A stretch of 64,000 nt of DNA from the human T2T-CHM13v2.0 reference genome, Homo sapiens, in assembly GCF_009914755.1 (NCBI RefSeq), contig NC_060947.1; one strand, 5' to 3'. Below the pieces are notes generated by a model that worked only from the letters and a program-made list of their open reading frames with translations, was not told where the DNA came from and searched no databases. Positions 11,270 to 27,410 of the stretch are shown in pieces. The position numbers and the translations under genes are program-made. Each line of letters opens with the position of its first letter. Positions within the stretch are counted from its first letter, which is position 1.

Positions 11270-11920
11270 TAATCTCCCTTTACCTTACTTTTCTCATCTG
11301 TTAAATGAGATGATAGTTCCTCTGTCATAGAATTTATGTGAGATTTCAATGAGTTAAAACATATAAGCACTCAGTAAATATAATTATTCCTCTACTCATT
11401 TATCCATTCACTTAACTAGTATTTGTTTATTATCTACCATGTATGTATACAAGAAGCTAGGCACTAAGAGGCAATACAAGAGTAAAGGACAGGCTCCTTC
11501 CTTCTAAAACTTAGAATGTGATGGGAAAGGCAAGACATATTTCATCAATCCATCACAAAACCTGTGTCAAGTTAGTAAAACAAACAATATAGGATACAAA
11601 AGAGGCCAGGAGAGGAGAAAATTTCTCCAAGCTAACTTTTGCTCTTCTTTAAGACACTTAAGGTTTCTAGGAAGACTTCCTTCCTTGACACCTCTCCATT
11701 CCATCCCTAAGCTCTGCTGCATGCCTCTCCTCTGTCCTCCCATAGTACCTTAGCATACTACTCTCATTCGTGCTCCATGGTGCTGTAAATTGTCTATTTT
11801 TCTGTCTTCCCCATTACAACCTGCTACTAACCCGAGCTCTCTGTGCCTTGGTTTCTCATCTATTTAAATATTTAAATCAAATGACCTTCAAGAGCACTTC
11901 TAGCTCTAACATTCTAGAGG
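11270..11920. mobile_element. Cluster of MIR and L2 fragments
   Basis: MIR core motifs (ctcatctgttaaatgaga) and L2 3'-end motifs. Confidence 0.55.
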
Positions 11921-12529
11921 TATTTGTTATTTTAGCATCATAGAATATCTGAGGGCTGAGCTATTACTGCACATCTCTTCCCTACATTGAATGTGGTTAA
12001 AAGTCATAGTGGGAACTCTATAGGCTCTCAGGGACTTTAACTTTCTTTCCAAAGTTTCTTGGTTGAAAAGTAACCTTTCCACATTATGTGAGCAGGAAGA
12101 GGAGATACTAAAACAATAAACACGTCTAGAGTTGCTTGTAGGGTGAACTTTTTTGGGGGCTATGTGGAAACATTTGACTGAATTTGTAACAAAAAATGAT
12201 GCCTATCTCAATATGACTTTATCTTCCTTCCTCTTTATAAAAGGCCTATCTCAGTGACTTTCCTCTTTCAGCAACTTCAGCTCAGTAGTAACCATGTTTC
12301 ACTTTGTGAAAGAAATAAGTATAAGAAAGTCACCCTGAACCAGGGAAACCATAAACCTGTCTTTGTCCATTCCTCTGTTCTCTGCAAGTTTCCTCCTCTT
12401 CCTATCGCTAATCCAACCTCTCTGGCTGAACTTCTCACATCCTTCAATGCCCTGAAGTCCTCATTCATAACCCTTTATGCCATATTGCCCACCCTTGATC
12501 CCATGAGCTACCTTTAATTTATGCACTTA

Positions 12530-13290
12530 CCTGTTCATCAGCATTCATTAAGCACCTAGTCTCTATGAGAGCCAAGGATTGGATCTCAGAAAGTTTCACA
12601 GAGAAGACATTGGAGCTTGGTCTTGAAAGAGAATAGGAGTTTGCTGGGGGATAAGGTTAGGAGGAAAAGGAAAGCGTTTTTCTGGGCAGAGAAACAACAT
12701 CTACCAAGTCAATGGGACATAAAACTCATAACATATTTAGGGGCGCTGTAAGTAACTCAGTTACCTAGAGCATAAGAAATATCTATGTTCCCTATGTTGA
12801 AGGTGATGTTGGAAAAGTGAGCAAAGTACAAATATTGGAAGGCTGTGTGTGCTGTGCTAAGGGTTTGGATGTTATCCAACAAGCTATAGGGAGCCATTGA
12901 AAGCTTTTAGGCAGGAGATTAAAAATCAGATTTGCATTTAGAAAAGTCACTGTGACAGCAGCAAGAAGAATGGCTTGGGGAGGAAGATGACTAATAGAAG
13001 AGGGGGCTTGTCAGGACACTATTGCAATATTCCAGGTAAAAGAGAGGCCTGAGCCAGAGCAGTGGCATTGGAGATGAATGGAAATGGACAGCTGGGCACA
13101 CGAGTGGGACATTTAGGAGGTAGGTGAAAAGACTTAGCAACTGATCAAATGTGCGAGATGAGGGGGAGGTTTCTGACTCAGTTGATTGGTTGGATGGGAG
13201 TGCTGTTTATTAGAACAGAAGGCACAGGGGAAATCAGGCTTGAGGGAAAAGTAATGAAACACATTTCAGACACATTGAGTGCAAAAGGGT
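12530..13290 (-). mobile_element. L2 fragment
   Basis: Reverse-strand L2 motifs (atcagatttgcatttagaaaagtcact; attgcaatattccagg). Confidence 0.65.
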
Positions 13291-14786
13291 CTCTTTCAAG
13301 ACTTAGATAAACAGTGCCCGAAAGAAAGGTGAGCACCTTCTAAGTAGCTTAATGAGAAACTGCATGATTCTGTACAACTAATAAAAACAACTAATAAAAT
13401 CAAAGATTAAGTTAATGCTACTGACTTGATTTCTTCACAAGAAGTCTGTTGTATTTAGAAATATTCATTAATTTAAAAAGCAATTTAGAAACCGACGCTT
13501 TATAAAACTGAAATGCATACAAGAGAAAAAATACATTATCGTGACCTTATTAAGTGACTGGTGTACAGCCTTTTAGCTGAATTGTATGAAATAAGTTGAC
13601 CAGATTTTCCTTCTTCATTATAAAACCTTTTTACCAGAGACTTGGAGCCAACTTAATTAGCTATGCTGATGGAAAGAGGAATAGCAAAAGTAATTGAAAA
13701 CCACAGATGAAAGCCATGGGCAACTCCCAGGAAAAATGGCCTGATGTAGCTCCTTGGAACCCTGCGTTGCTGAACTCACTGGCAGACACAAGTGGTCAGG
13801 CAGTGGCCTTCACAGAAAGTTCTGTGAAGAATGTTCTGGAAAGTCCACGTTTATAAGTAGGCAGCAAGAGAAAATAGCAGGAGGAAATAATAACATAATA
13901 ACAATGAAGTGTAAAATTAAGATTAAAAGACCGTTCATTATTATGATCACACAGCTATTGATGGAGGTTGGATTATTTGAGAGAGCAAAGGGTGAAACTG
14001 CAATATAGTAGTGAATGAGTAACTAAAGAAACAAGGACAGACCTACATATTGCATTCCTGAGTTATAACTAGATACAGTCTTAAGTTTTCACATAGCCAA
14101 AAAGAGCTCTAAAGATATCTGAAACAAGAACAATTATTTATTTGTAATTCATACCAAAAATCTAGAAGTTATACCCAATTTCTCTTTTTCCCTCCCTCCC
14201 ACCTCACACTCTATGTCAGTGTGTCCTGATGATTCTGCCTCCCAAGTATGTCCTGAATCCACCTGCTTCTCCCCATCTCCTCTGTTACCTCCTTCGTCCA
14301 GGCTACCGACACCACCTGCTTCTCTACTGCAGTAGCTTCTCTACCCACCTCTACTTTTATCCCACTTCACAAACTATTCTCCACCTGGCAGTCAGAGGAA
14401 TCTTAAACATTTTTAAACCAGATCATGTAATTCCCTTGCTTGAAACTCTCCAATGCTTTCTCACTATGTTGAGAAAAAAATCCAAACTCATTAAAATGGT
14501 GTAAAAAACCCTATACTTTCTGGTCTTTACCTACTTCTCCCACCTTATCTTTCATCACCCTCTCCCTCACTTGCTCAACAGCAGCCATACCCAGCTGCTT
14601 TCTGTTCCTCAAATAAACCAAGCTCTCCCCACCGTCAGGGCCTTTGCACTTGTTGTTCTCTCTGCCTAAAACCCCTTTCCCTCACATCACCATATGACTG
14701 ACTCACTCTTTTTTTTTTTAATGTTTTTTCTGTCACTGTGAAATGAGTAGCAAAGTACTGTTTCTCAGGCATTCATGATCTGATCC

Positions 14787-15081
14787 TTTTTTTTTTTTTT
14801 TGACGGAGTCTTGCTGTGTTGCTCAGGTTGGAGTGCAGTGACATGATCTTGGCTCACTGCAACCTCTGCCTCCTGGGTTCAAGCAATTCTCTTGCCTCAG
14901 CCTCCTGAGTTGCTGGGATTACAGGTGCCAGCCACCAAGCCCAGCTAATTTTTGTATTTTTAGTAGAGACAGGGTTTCACCATGTTGGCCAGGCTGGTCT
15001 TGAACTCCTGACCTCAGGTGATCCACCCGTCTCGGCCTCACAAAGTGCTGGGATTACAGGCGTGAGCCACCGTGCCCAGCC
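14787..15081 (-). mobile_element. Alu (AluSx-like)
   Basis: Full Alu with a T-tract on the left. Confidence 0.92.
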
Positions 15082-15089
15082 CATGATCC

Positions 15090-15655
15090 AATTTTTATAT
15101 TTCTTTATTGAAATATAATTCACATACAATAAAATTCACCAATTTGAAAGTATATAAACCCATGGTTTCTAATATATTCAAAGTTGTGAAATCATCATCA
15201 CTATCTAATTTCATACTTTTCTTCACCCCAAAAAGAACCCCCAGATCTTTTAGCTATTACCCCTTATTCCTCTTCTCCTCACCAACCATGAATGTGTTAC
15301 CTGTCTCCATAAATTTGTCTATTCCGGAAATTTCATATAAATGGAATCATACAATACATGGCCTTTTGTGACTGGTTTATTTCAACTGGCATAATGGTTT
15401 CAAAGGTCATGTTATAGCACAACTTCATTCCATTTTGTAGTGGAATAATATTCCATTGTACGGTTATACCACATTTTGTTTATCCACTAATTGGTTGATG
15501 AACATTTAGGTTGTTTCCACTTTTTGACAATTATGAATAATATTGCTATGAACATTTGTGTACAAGTTTTTGTATGAGCATAGGTTTTCATTTCTCTTGG
15601 GTATATATGTAAGAGTTACATGACTGAGTCATATAATAACTATACTAATATTTGT
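15090..15655 (-). mobile_element. L1MB-like 3' end
   Basis: tttattgaaatataattcacatac...; tttcatataaatggaatcatacaa. Confidence 0.75.
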
Positions 15656-16235
15656 TGACTGACACACTTTTATTCAGGACTCTGCTCAAAGGGTACCTCC
15701 TCTGAGAGGCCTTCCCTGACCACTCCATCTAAACTAATTACCCATCCCCACCATCACATTACCCTATTTTGTTTTCTACGTAGCACTTTCCACTATCTAA
15801 AATAATCTTGTTTATTGTTTCAGTCTCTCCCTACTAGAACATCAACTCTACAAGGACAGAATGTTGTCAATCTTGCTCACTGCTGTGCCCTCAGTACCTA
15901 CGGACAATGAGCAGCACACAGAGAATATTCAATAACTATTTGCTGACTACAGGAATTAATCTATGGCAGAAATGTTCTTTTTTCCTACCACAGGGAGTAT
16001 TTACAAATCTACTAATGACTATTTTAGTGCTTTTCTATTCCTTTAATTGTTCTTTGGGAAAAGTAAAAACTCACTCATTTCAATTATAGGAAGAAATAGC
16101 TATAGCAAAGACTGTGTCGATTATTTGACTTAGATTTGCCCTTCCCATCCAACCCTTTCATCTCCACCCCAGGGATTGCAAAATTCAACCAAAACAGTAT
16201 TCCTTTAGCGGCTGATCCCTAAGATTGCGAGGGAT

Positions 16236-16497
16236 CGGGGAGACCAAGGTGGGCAGATTGCTTGAGTCCAGGAGTTTGAGATCAGCCTGGGGAACAGGGT
16301 GAAACCCCGTCTTTACAAAAAATACAAAAATTAGCTGGGTGTGGTGGCATGCAACTCTGGTCCCAGCTACCTGGGAGGCTGAGGTGGGAGGACCACTTGA
16401 ACCCAGGAAGCAGAGGTTACAGTGAGCTATGATCATGACACTGCATTTCAGCCTGGGTGACAGAGCAAGACCCTGTCTCAAAAAAAAAAAAAAAAAA
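16236..16497 (+). mobile_element. 5'-truncated Alu (AluJ-like)
   Basis: Alu body followed by an A-tail. Confidence 0.88.
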
Positions 16498-16623
16498 TTA
16501 GATGAGGGTATTAAAGGAAAGAAAACTCCAGTGAGTAAAATGAGTTGTGAGATGCCCCATGTTGCAGAGTTGTAAATTGAGGGTTTCTCCTTTGAAAAAT
16601 GAGGCACTCTTCAAAATGCCTAG

Positions 16624-16936
<313 letters not shown>

Positions 16937-17168
16937 CGATCTTTAGATATAAATTTAAACGCATTTTTCCCTGGCAATACTCATATATCTAACCTGGAAA
17001 TATTTCTAAGAAGAACAGTACTAGTTTGTTATAGCTTTATCAGGTAATGACAGAAAAGTTGTGTGATAACTTGGTTTTGACCCTGAAAAACAGTCATTTG
17101 CGTAAAACAAATGGTGCAAGTGTTGAGGGTAATGGGAGGAGGGTTATCTGAGGATTTTTTTCTCTTCT

Positions 17169-17800
<632 letters not shown>

Positions 17801-18597
17801 TTTTTCTCTTCTTAATAGGAAATGATATCAAAATTTGTATGGAAAATGTTTTCCTAACTGGTTTGCTTCAATTTGCCTTCATATGCCCCTGTTTGAGAGT
17901 GGAGGCTTAAAAAAATTCTAGATGCAGAATTGAATCGTGTGATAACTCATTAACATTTCAGGAGAAATCAGAGTTGCCTGTATAACATTTTTGTATGCAT
18001 CCTAATACCTTCCCTCATAACTTTGCATGTCAAGGATACCTTTCAGGAAGTGTTCGTTGTTTGAAATTTCTGGTTGAATATATTAAAGCTTTAAACAAGC
18101 ATGTGTTGGGTATAGTCTTGGATAGAGAGTAGAGGCCTGGCAGGAGGAGTAGAGACCGTTTTCTAGAGCTTTCCCCAAGTTGGAAATTCTCCCAAATGTA
18201 ATCACTTCTTAAAAGGAAGTTTTAAGTAGAATAGCTCAAAGTGCAAAAGAAAAGTAATCACAGTGTAAATGTTTATAAACGTAGATACATTTCTTACAAC
18301 CATTTATTTGCTAATGCATGCCTGGTGTCTATAATAATATACAAAGCAGTGTGGAGTAAAACTAACAAGGTGAAGAGGAATATACTCAGGTCACCATTTA
18401 CATGCAGTTTAAAAAGACGCAGAAGAACACTACATATTGTTTATGGATGCACTTATATGACGTAAAAGTACAAAAATGTGCACAAGAAGGACAATGTTCA
18501 CATTCAGGGTCTTTGTAGATAGTAGGAGGATGAGAGCAGGATAATACACGGAGACCTCATTTGTATCAGTCACCTTTTGGTAAATGTTACTGAAATG

Positions 18598-18599
<2 letters not shown>

Positions 18600-18637
<38 letters not shown>
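18600..18637. repeat. (TA)n microsatellite
   Basis: Seen directly. Confidence 0.95.
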
Positions 18638-18639
<2 letters not shown>

Positions 18640-18679
18640 AATTGAAGGTGTACCCATGTAATCAGTGCTGTATCTGTGA

Positions 18680-19710
<1,031 letters not shown>

Positions 19711-20128
19711 GCCCCAAGTGTTAGAGTACCCACTCCTTTAAATTCCCTTTCGCCTGTAAAGGCCTATGAAAATCCAATCAAAAAGAATCTTTGGGCAAAG
19801 TGATTTAAAAAACATAAGCACTACAAGTTACAATATGTCATTTTTCATTTTATGTCATTTTAATGTATGCTATCATATCAAAATTTAAAGAATTGTATTG
19901 ACTTGGATCCAATGAGAGGGAATTTAATGTATATTGGGGCAAACTTCCCCCTTTTTTTCTTCAGCCACCTCCTAGCCGAACCCCAAATTTCCACAAAACT
20001 GATGGGGGGTTCTATTGTCTGCCAGAGAATCAATCCCCTTTCTCCTCCCAGTGATGGAAAAAAAAGAAAAATAAATTGGGGGGAAGGGAACATGGGCTCA
20101 AGGTTGTTTTGGTTTGGATGCTACCAAT

Positions 20129-20146
20129 GTTGCCCTCTGCTGGTGG
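20129..20146 (-). promoter_or_regulatory. CTCF-like motif
   Basis: Minus strand CCACCAGCAGAGGGCAAC. Confidence 0.55.
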
Positions 20147-21321
20147 AACGCTCAACTTGCAGATGACCAGTTGCGTTCTTTTGCTGCTGTCAATCTAGTC
20201 CAACCCCAATTTATAAACAGGCTGTGCATGCTGAAATTCACTGTTTAAAGCTTACCTGCATTTTCCCATAAATGGAATCACTGTTTCTCACAGTGGCTGA
20301 GCCCCCAGGGTCACCTCCCAAATCAATAAAGTAATCAAAACCTACCCATGTTTCTAGGGAAAATGCTATTTGGATTAAGTATTCACCAAGTGTTTCCTAT
20401 GTGCAAGGTATTGCAAGGGGTAAAAATGTAATTCAAGAAGAGTCTTTGCCTCTAAGACAGTTATTTATCTTGTTAGGAGAAATAAAACATTAGCATGAGA
20501 GACTATAAGAAGCTATCTGAAGTGGCCTCTTGTAGTATATGCAGGGAAGAGCGGTACATTCAGAGAGATACATATGGGAAACAATGAAGATCAAAAAGAG
20601 GAAGATATCCCTTCTGGGAAGGAGAAACAGGGGAAAGCTTTTTGAAAGCAGTTGAAGTTGAGATGAACAATGACAGTAAAGGGGGTAGTTTGTTTCAAGG
20701 AGAAGTAATTATGGAAGCAAAAGCATGGAAGTAGGAAAACATGGGTTGTGGTCTAGAAATGGCAAATAATCCCTCCTATTGAGACAGAGTATGAGGGGAG
20801 AATCCAGATATGTAACTAACCGGAAGGTCCCAGGCTATCCTTGACAGCAGGAATAGGGACAACTTGTTGGAACTGCTTGGAGCTGGACAATGACTCCCCT
20901 CATTCAGGTGGTTCTGGGTGAGGGGGTAAAGATGGATAGTCCAGCGGATTGAAGACTGTGAGTTGCTGGGGAAAGGATGCTGGGATCTAGAATAGGTTTG
21001 TGAATTTGGAAGAGAAGCCCTGGTGAGGGCTGGGAAGTGAGCAGGAGATAGGGAACAGAGTCCCCCAATTTTCCCCATTCTGTCCCACTTCTCTATTCTC
21101 TTCTCTCTCATTTGTGGCCAGCCCAAGCAAGAGACTGGCACTGAAAGAACAAGAGGGTGAGGTGGGAAAACTTCAGGGGTAGCATGACTGGCTGAGAAGG
21201 ATAGGATTCTCTCCCTTTTTCTCTCCCTTGACACTGTTATCTACTGCCTGCAGGGGAGGCAGGGGTCTTGGTAGTGGGTAGAGGAGGGGAGGTGAGAGTA
21301 GCTATGGAAATCAGGGGCTAA

Positions 21322-21845
<524 letters not shown>

Positions 21846-22039
21846 TAGATGTGGTTAGTCAGACATCCATCAGAGAGGCTGCCTACCTCTTTTTCCTACG
21901 TAAACGGAGGGAAAATTTATTGCTATTTGTGACATTCCCTGTGCAGGAGGAGAGAGCAACTTACTGTCACCAGAGAAGTTAAGGCACGAGTTTCAAACTC
22001 AATTTGACAGCAGTAATGATAACCATAAAATAGCATTTA

Positions 22040-22180
22040 AGCTGGGTGTAGTAGTGGCTTGCACCTGTAGTCCCAGTTGCTCGGGAGGCTGAGGTGGGAG
22101 AATCACTTGAGGCCAGGGGTTCTAGGTCAGCCTGGGTAACAGAGGGAAGACCTGCATCTCTAAAAAAAAGAAATAACTAA
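22040..22180 (+). mobile_element. Free Alu monomer (FLAM-like)
   Basis: About 135-bp monomer with an A-tail. Confidence 0.7.
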
Positions 22181-22574
22181 AATAACTAGCTAGCATTGGT
22201 TGAGGGAATGCTGTGTGGCAGGCACTGAGCATCCTTATCTCACTGAATCCTCACAGTAAAAGCAGTACAGATGCAAGCCCTAAGGTCAAGCCAATCTGAG
22301 TTTAAGTCTTCACCCTGTCACTCACTAGTTAAAGCATAGTGCTTGACACAGAGTAAAAACTCAGTAAATACGGAATAAATATTCATCAATTAACAAATCA
22401 ATTGATATTAGTCATTAATATGAATAAATATTACTATATACACACAATCAATCATATGAAGCAGGTACTATTACTATCTTCTTCTTATAAATGAGGAAGT
22501 TGAGGCCCTGAGAAATTAAGGACTCTGTACAAGTTTACACAGCTACTAAGTGGCAGAACCTGAATTGAAAACTA

Positions 22575-22721
22575 GTTGTCAGTGCAGAGTTTCTGTTTGA
22601 GATGATGACAATGTTCTGGAAATAGATAGTAGTGATTGTACAGCACTGTGAATAGACTTAATGCCACTGAATTATATACTCAGAAATGATTAGAATGGTA
22701 CATTTTATGTTATGTATACTT

Positions 22722-22767
<46 letters not shown>

Positions 22768-22780
22768 ACATCAGTTGTCA
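22575..22780 (+). mobile_element. L1MB 3' end whose tail is a (CA)n microsatellite (22724-22770), inside a MIR
   Basis: gagtttctgtttgagatgatga...gttatgtatact; agttgtcag occurs on both sides. Confidence 0.7.
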
Positions 22781-24898
22781 GACACTGGGATTTTAACCAC
22801 TGTGTCATATACATGACCTCTCAATGGGCATTAATCAAGTTTCTATTATTCAGAAGACCCTCCCAATGTCATAAAGCGAGGGCTAAATTTGCAATCAAAA
22901 GACCTCTGTTCAAACACCGTATCTGCTTCTTACAATGAGTAAGTGGCTAAGACTTGTCTGAGTTTTCTTGGGCCAAAAGGGGTACAAGTCATACACAAGC
23001 CTTTCTCCAAGAGTTCACTTCAGTTGCAGACACTCAGGTCCCTGTAATGTTACTGGATAACCTTGGGGAGAGGGGATCCAGATCAATTTGAGCCCCTGAC
23101 AAGGAGGGCAAGGAAGCTCTGAGCCAGCTTACCCATTCTTAGTTACTCCTCTTCCCAAAGTGAAATGTGGCAGCTACTGGGTGGGGACTTTTAAGAGGAA
23201 GTGAGACAGCTACTGATAGGGGAACTTGAGGAGGGCCCCCTTGGAAAGGGGAAGGAAGATGAGCACATATTGAGATAAACCATTTTCAGGGTGTTAAAAC
23301 TAGATTAAAACCAGTGTTTTTACATGTCACAAAAAAGAAATCCACACCACAAACAATCCTAGTAGCTACTTTTCCTGCAAAAGTAATCATTCTTTTATCC
23401 AAGGTTCCTTGGGGATTAAACAACAACAACAAAAATCCCTCAAAGTCCTTGTCAGCTTCTTTGGTTCCTCTATGACTTTTTACTGTACTCAATGGAGAGA
23501 AGTGCTCAGTAACAACCGAGTCCCCAGATACACCATGACATTGCAAGAGAAGATGAAACATGAGGAAATCCACCCCCTTCCCATTTTCCAGACCACATCC
23601 TCCTCCCCTGTTCAATCTCCCTAAAGTTTTCACTAGGCTTGTTCAGGTCAGGAATGAACTATAACCAGTGGATGCTGCCCTCTGCTGCAAAGCAGGCTTC
23701 ATCCGCGGCTGCACAGCCAGTCTTGGCTTCCACAAGACCTCTCTTGTGTTAATGATTCAAAGCACATGTTTGTAATTAAAAATAACAATAATAATTCAGG
23801 GTACCAGGCTGACCACGCAAATATAGTTATCCTGAGAGGGGGGCTTGCAGAACACCTTTCAGGGCAAATCCCCCACCACCTTTACATAGGACTGAGACAG
23901 CCTAGAAAAGTACAGAATGCTTTACTGTTATTTTCCTCATCCTGGCCCCATGCACTAACTAGACACAGTCTTTCCAGAGAAATACCAACATGACACAACC
24001 CCACGGGGGCATTGGGTCCCTCTGTTCTGGATTTGCCTCCTTCTGCTTCACTTCAGTTGTCTTAATTCCATTCACCTTGGTTCTCTGAGCCCCGGTTGAC
24101 ACAGCACACTGGCTCTCTACGCTCCCCTCTGTCTCCTTCTGCTGCCATGCCCTATTGTAGCCATGTCCTTCCATCTGGCACTCAGAAATCTTTCCCAAAT
24201 GTCATTCTGCTAGTCTCCTGACACCTTCACACAATCTGCCCATCCTCTTGGACAGAGCTGACATGGTCCCCGAGGCTGGGGATGCTAGAGGCCACCTAGT
24301 AGCCACTAGGAAGCAATGCTTGTACTCTGTGCCCTGTGCACTCAGTGACAGGCAAGGAGGCTGTGGAACTATTCTCACAATCATCCGGACCTGTCTTCTC
24401 AACCCCATTGGTGCTGCCACCTAAGAGATTAACAAGGGAGGCCACTAGACTCAGATTGCTCAGATACAATTATAACTGGAAACATTGGGTTCTAAGGAAA
24501 CACTGCATAAATCACACTCTTCCCTAGCTGGCTGACTGGCAATACGGTGGGATCCCTTTTGCAAGCCAGAATATGTTGGAATTATACTGGAGTGATGTGG
24601 ACTATACTGGATTTTTTCAGATTTCTAAACTGCTTTAAGAAACATTCCATAGCTCCACTTGGCAAGATATAAACAAACTTGTAGGAAACTGGGTTAGTTT
24701 TACCAGTCAAATGAGTTGGCAGCCCAATTCTTCTGTCTCAAAGAGATTAATGAGCAATTAATTTCCCAGACCAGCTAAGCCTGGGAACTTCTGGGAGCTA
24801 ACGGATTTTACCTGAAGGTGAAGTCCAGCCCACGTCCGTGGGCCACCACATCAGACCCTCCCAAGAACGCAAGGGAAGGCCTAATTTACATAGTTGCC

Positions 24899-24915
24899 CT
24901 GCCCCCTAGTGTCCA
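24899..24915 (-). promoter_or_regulatory. CTCF-like motif
   Basis: Minus strand TGGACACTAGGGGGCAG, in non-repetitive DNA. Confidence 0.6.
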
Positions 24916-25339
24916 CAGGCAGCAATAACAGCAGGCAGGACTCAAGCTTCTAGGTATGGGCAGCAGGGCTGCAGGGCTTTTTTTGTGCTCCACACAATGG
25001 CGCCTGGCTAAAGGGATGTGGGAATGAAATTAAGCTCATGCTCTTCTCACCAAGCCTTGTGCCCTGCACAGGACTGCATCCATCTGGAGGTTGACCTCTT
25101 TTTTCTAATCTGTCTGCCAAGAGGAGCCATTTTTTTTTTTGGTAATTCTATTTTAAAAATTTCCACATAGCTTGAGATTTCTAATGTCTAAAGCTACCAG
25201 AAAGGCTGATACCAATCCCATGTGATAGGCCAGGCCGTCGGCATGTACTCAAATGTATATTCCATTTCTGAAAATTCACTTGTCCTATAAGAATAGCTCA
25301 GGGTGTTTGTGTAGAAGTGGCCCCATTCCAGAAAATTCC

Positions 25340-25740
25340 CGGACTGGGAACTTCATAGTCATCCATCCAGCTATGAACTTCTGTTAGCTCCACCCCCAAA
25401 ATATATCCTGAATCCATCCACATCTCTCCATCTTCACTCATTTCTGATCCAAGCTAGCAGAAATTTCTTGCTACAATGGTAGCAATACAGGGAAAAACAT
25501 TGGCCTGCTACAATGGTCTCCCTGCTGCCACTCTGGCCCCTCCACACAGCAACCAGAATTATTTATTAAAATATATGTAAATTCATGTGACTCCCCGCCA
25601 ATGGCTTCCCAATGGGTTTAGGATAAAATCCAAAGTCTTTCCGTGGGTTACTAGGCTGTGGATAATCTGTCTTCTGCTTAGCTCATCTACCTGTCGCTCA
25701 CCACTCTCCTGCTCATCCACTAAGCTCAGCAACACTGGCC
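25340..25740 (+). mobile_element. L2 (apparently continues at about 37000-37440)
   Basis: The L2 body ends at cactggcc, and the next L2 segment resumes after the L1M block. Confidence 0.6.
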
Positions 25741-25744
25741 ATTT

Positions 25745-27410
25745 GTTTTAATTGACATTTTTATTGAGATAATTGCAGATTCACATGCAGCTAAAAAAAA
25801 CAAGAGCAAGATCTCTCATACATTTTGCCCAGTTTTCCCCAATGGTAACATTTTGGAAAACTGTAATATCATAGTAAGAATAGTGATGTTGATACAATCC
25901 ACCTATATTATTCAGATTTCCCTGGTTTTATTAATATTTATCCTCATATGTGTGTATGTGTATTTAGTTCTATATAATTTGATCATCCATGTAAGTTCAT
26001 GTGATGGATACCACCACATGTTAAATAAGCATATCATGGAAAATGGGGTATGCATCCTAAAACAGTAGGTCTTATAGTACATAGTCAAAGTACTGAACAG
26101 TGCCATCACCTTGAGGATCCCTCCTATTGCCCTTTTATAATCATATTCATCTCCCCCCACCTCCTTAAACCTAGGCAACCATTAATCTGTTCTTCATTTC
26201 TATAATTTTGTCACTTCACAGACATGATATAGATAGAATTGTACAATATGTAACTTCTGGGACTGGCTTATTTTCACTCAGCATAATTTTCTAAAGATTC
26301 ATCCAGGCTGTTGCATGTAGTTTTTTTTATTGCTGAGTTGTATTCCACAGTATGGATGAGCTTCAGTTTAATCATTCACCCATTGAAGGGCATTTGTGAT
26401 ATTTATTTACAGGTCTTACATAAATATAAGTTTTCATTTCCCTGGGATAAATCCCCAAGATTGCAGTTGCTAAGTCACATTGTAAGCACGTGTTTAACTT
26501 TTTTTTGTTTTTTTCGAAACAGGGTCTCACTTTGCTCACTCTGTCATCCAGGCTGAGTGCAGTGGCATGAGCATGGCTCCCTGCAGCCTTCATCTCCTGG
26601 CCTCAAGCGATCCTCCAACCTCAGCCCACCCAAGTAGCTGGACCACAGGTGTGCTTCTGGCTAATTTTTTTTTTTTTTTTGTAGAGATGGGGATCCTCCT
26701 ACGTTGCCTAGGCTGGTCTCAAACTCCTGGGCTCAAGTGACCCCGACACCTCGGCCTCCCAAAGTGCTGGGATTACAGGTGTGAGCCACCACGCCCAGCT
26801 ACGTGTTTAATTTTTAAAGCAACTGCTCGACTGTTTTCCAGAGTAGCCATACCATTTTACATTCCCACAAGCAATGTATGAGTGACTCAGTTTCTCTACA
26901 CCTTCACTAATAGTGGTGTTGCCACTATTTTTTATTTTGGACATTCTGATATGTATGTAGTACTATCTCATTGTAGCTGTAATTTGCATTTCTCTAATGG
27001 TTAACAATGTTGAATAGCTTTTCACATGTTTATTCTTCATGTGTATATTCTCTTCGCAAAATGTCTGTATATATCTTGCCCATTTTCTAACTGGATTTAT
27101 CAAATATTGAGTTTTGAGAGTCCTTTGTGTGTTGTAGACATGAGTACTTTCTCAGATACGTGATTCGTACATGTTTTTTCCCAGTCTGTAGCTTGCCTTT
27201 TCATTCTCTTCATATGTACTTTCACAGAGCAAAAGTTTTAAAATTTTCGATGAACTATTTTTCCTTCTATAAACCCTGCTTTTAGGGCTGACTCTAAAAA
27301 CTCTGCTGAACTCTAGATCCCAGAGATTTCCTCCTATTTTTTTCTAAAAGTTTTATAGTTTTTCATTTTATGTTTATGTCTGTGATCAATCCTGACTTAG
27401 TTTTAAAAAC
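25745..27410 (-). mobile_element. L1MC/MB 3' region, with an AluJ-like insertion at about 26498-26800
   Basis: L1M 3' UTR and ORF2-end motifs; the Alu is flanked by acgtgtttaa. Confidence 0.75.

Larger units (their letters stand above)
14150..15950 (+). mobile_element. L2 element interrupted by an L1M and an Alu
   Basis: L2 body 14150-14710 resumes at 15656 and ends in an L2 tail (aatattcaataactatttg). Confidence 0.7.

Noticed and set aside
16216-16238. Small hairpin gatccct...agggatc at the 5' end of a truncated Alu
   Set aside because: A 7-bp stem is expected by chance in 64 kb.
20776-21234. 152-aa ORF in unique DNA (also 23286-23633 and 43122-43475)
   Set aside because: No recognisable domain or exon structure; consistent with chance ORFs.
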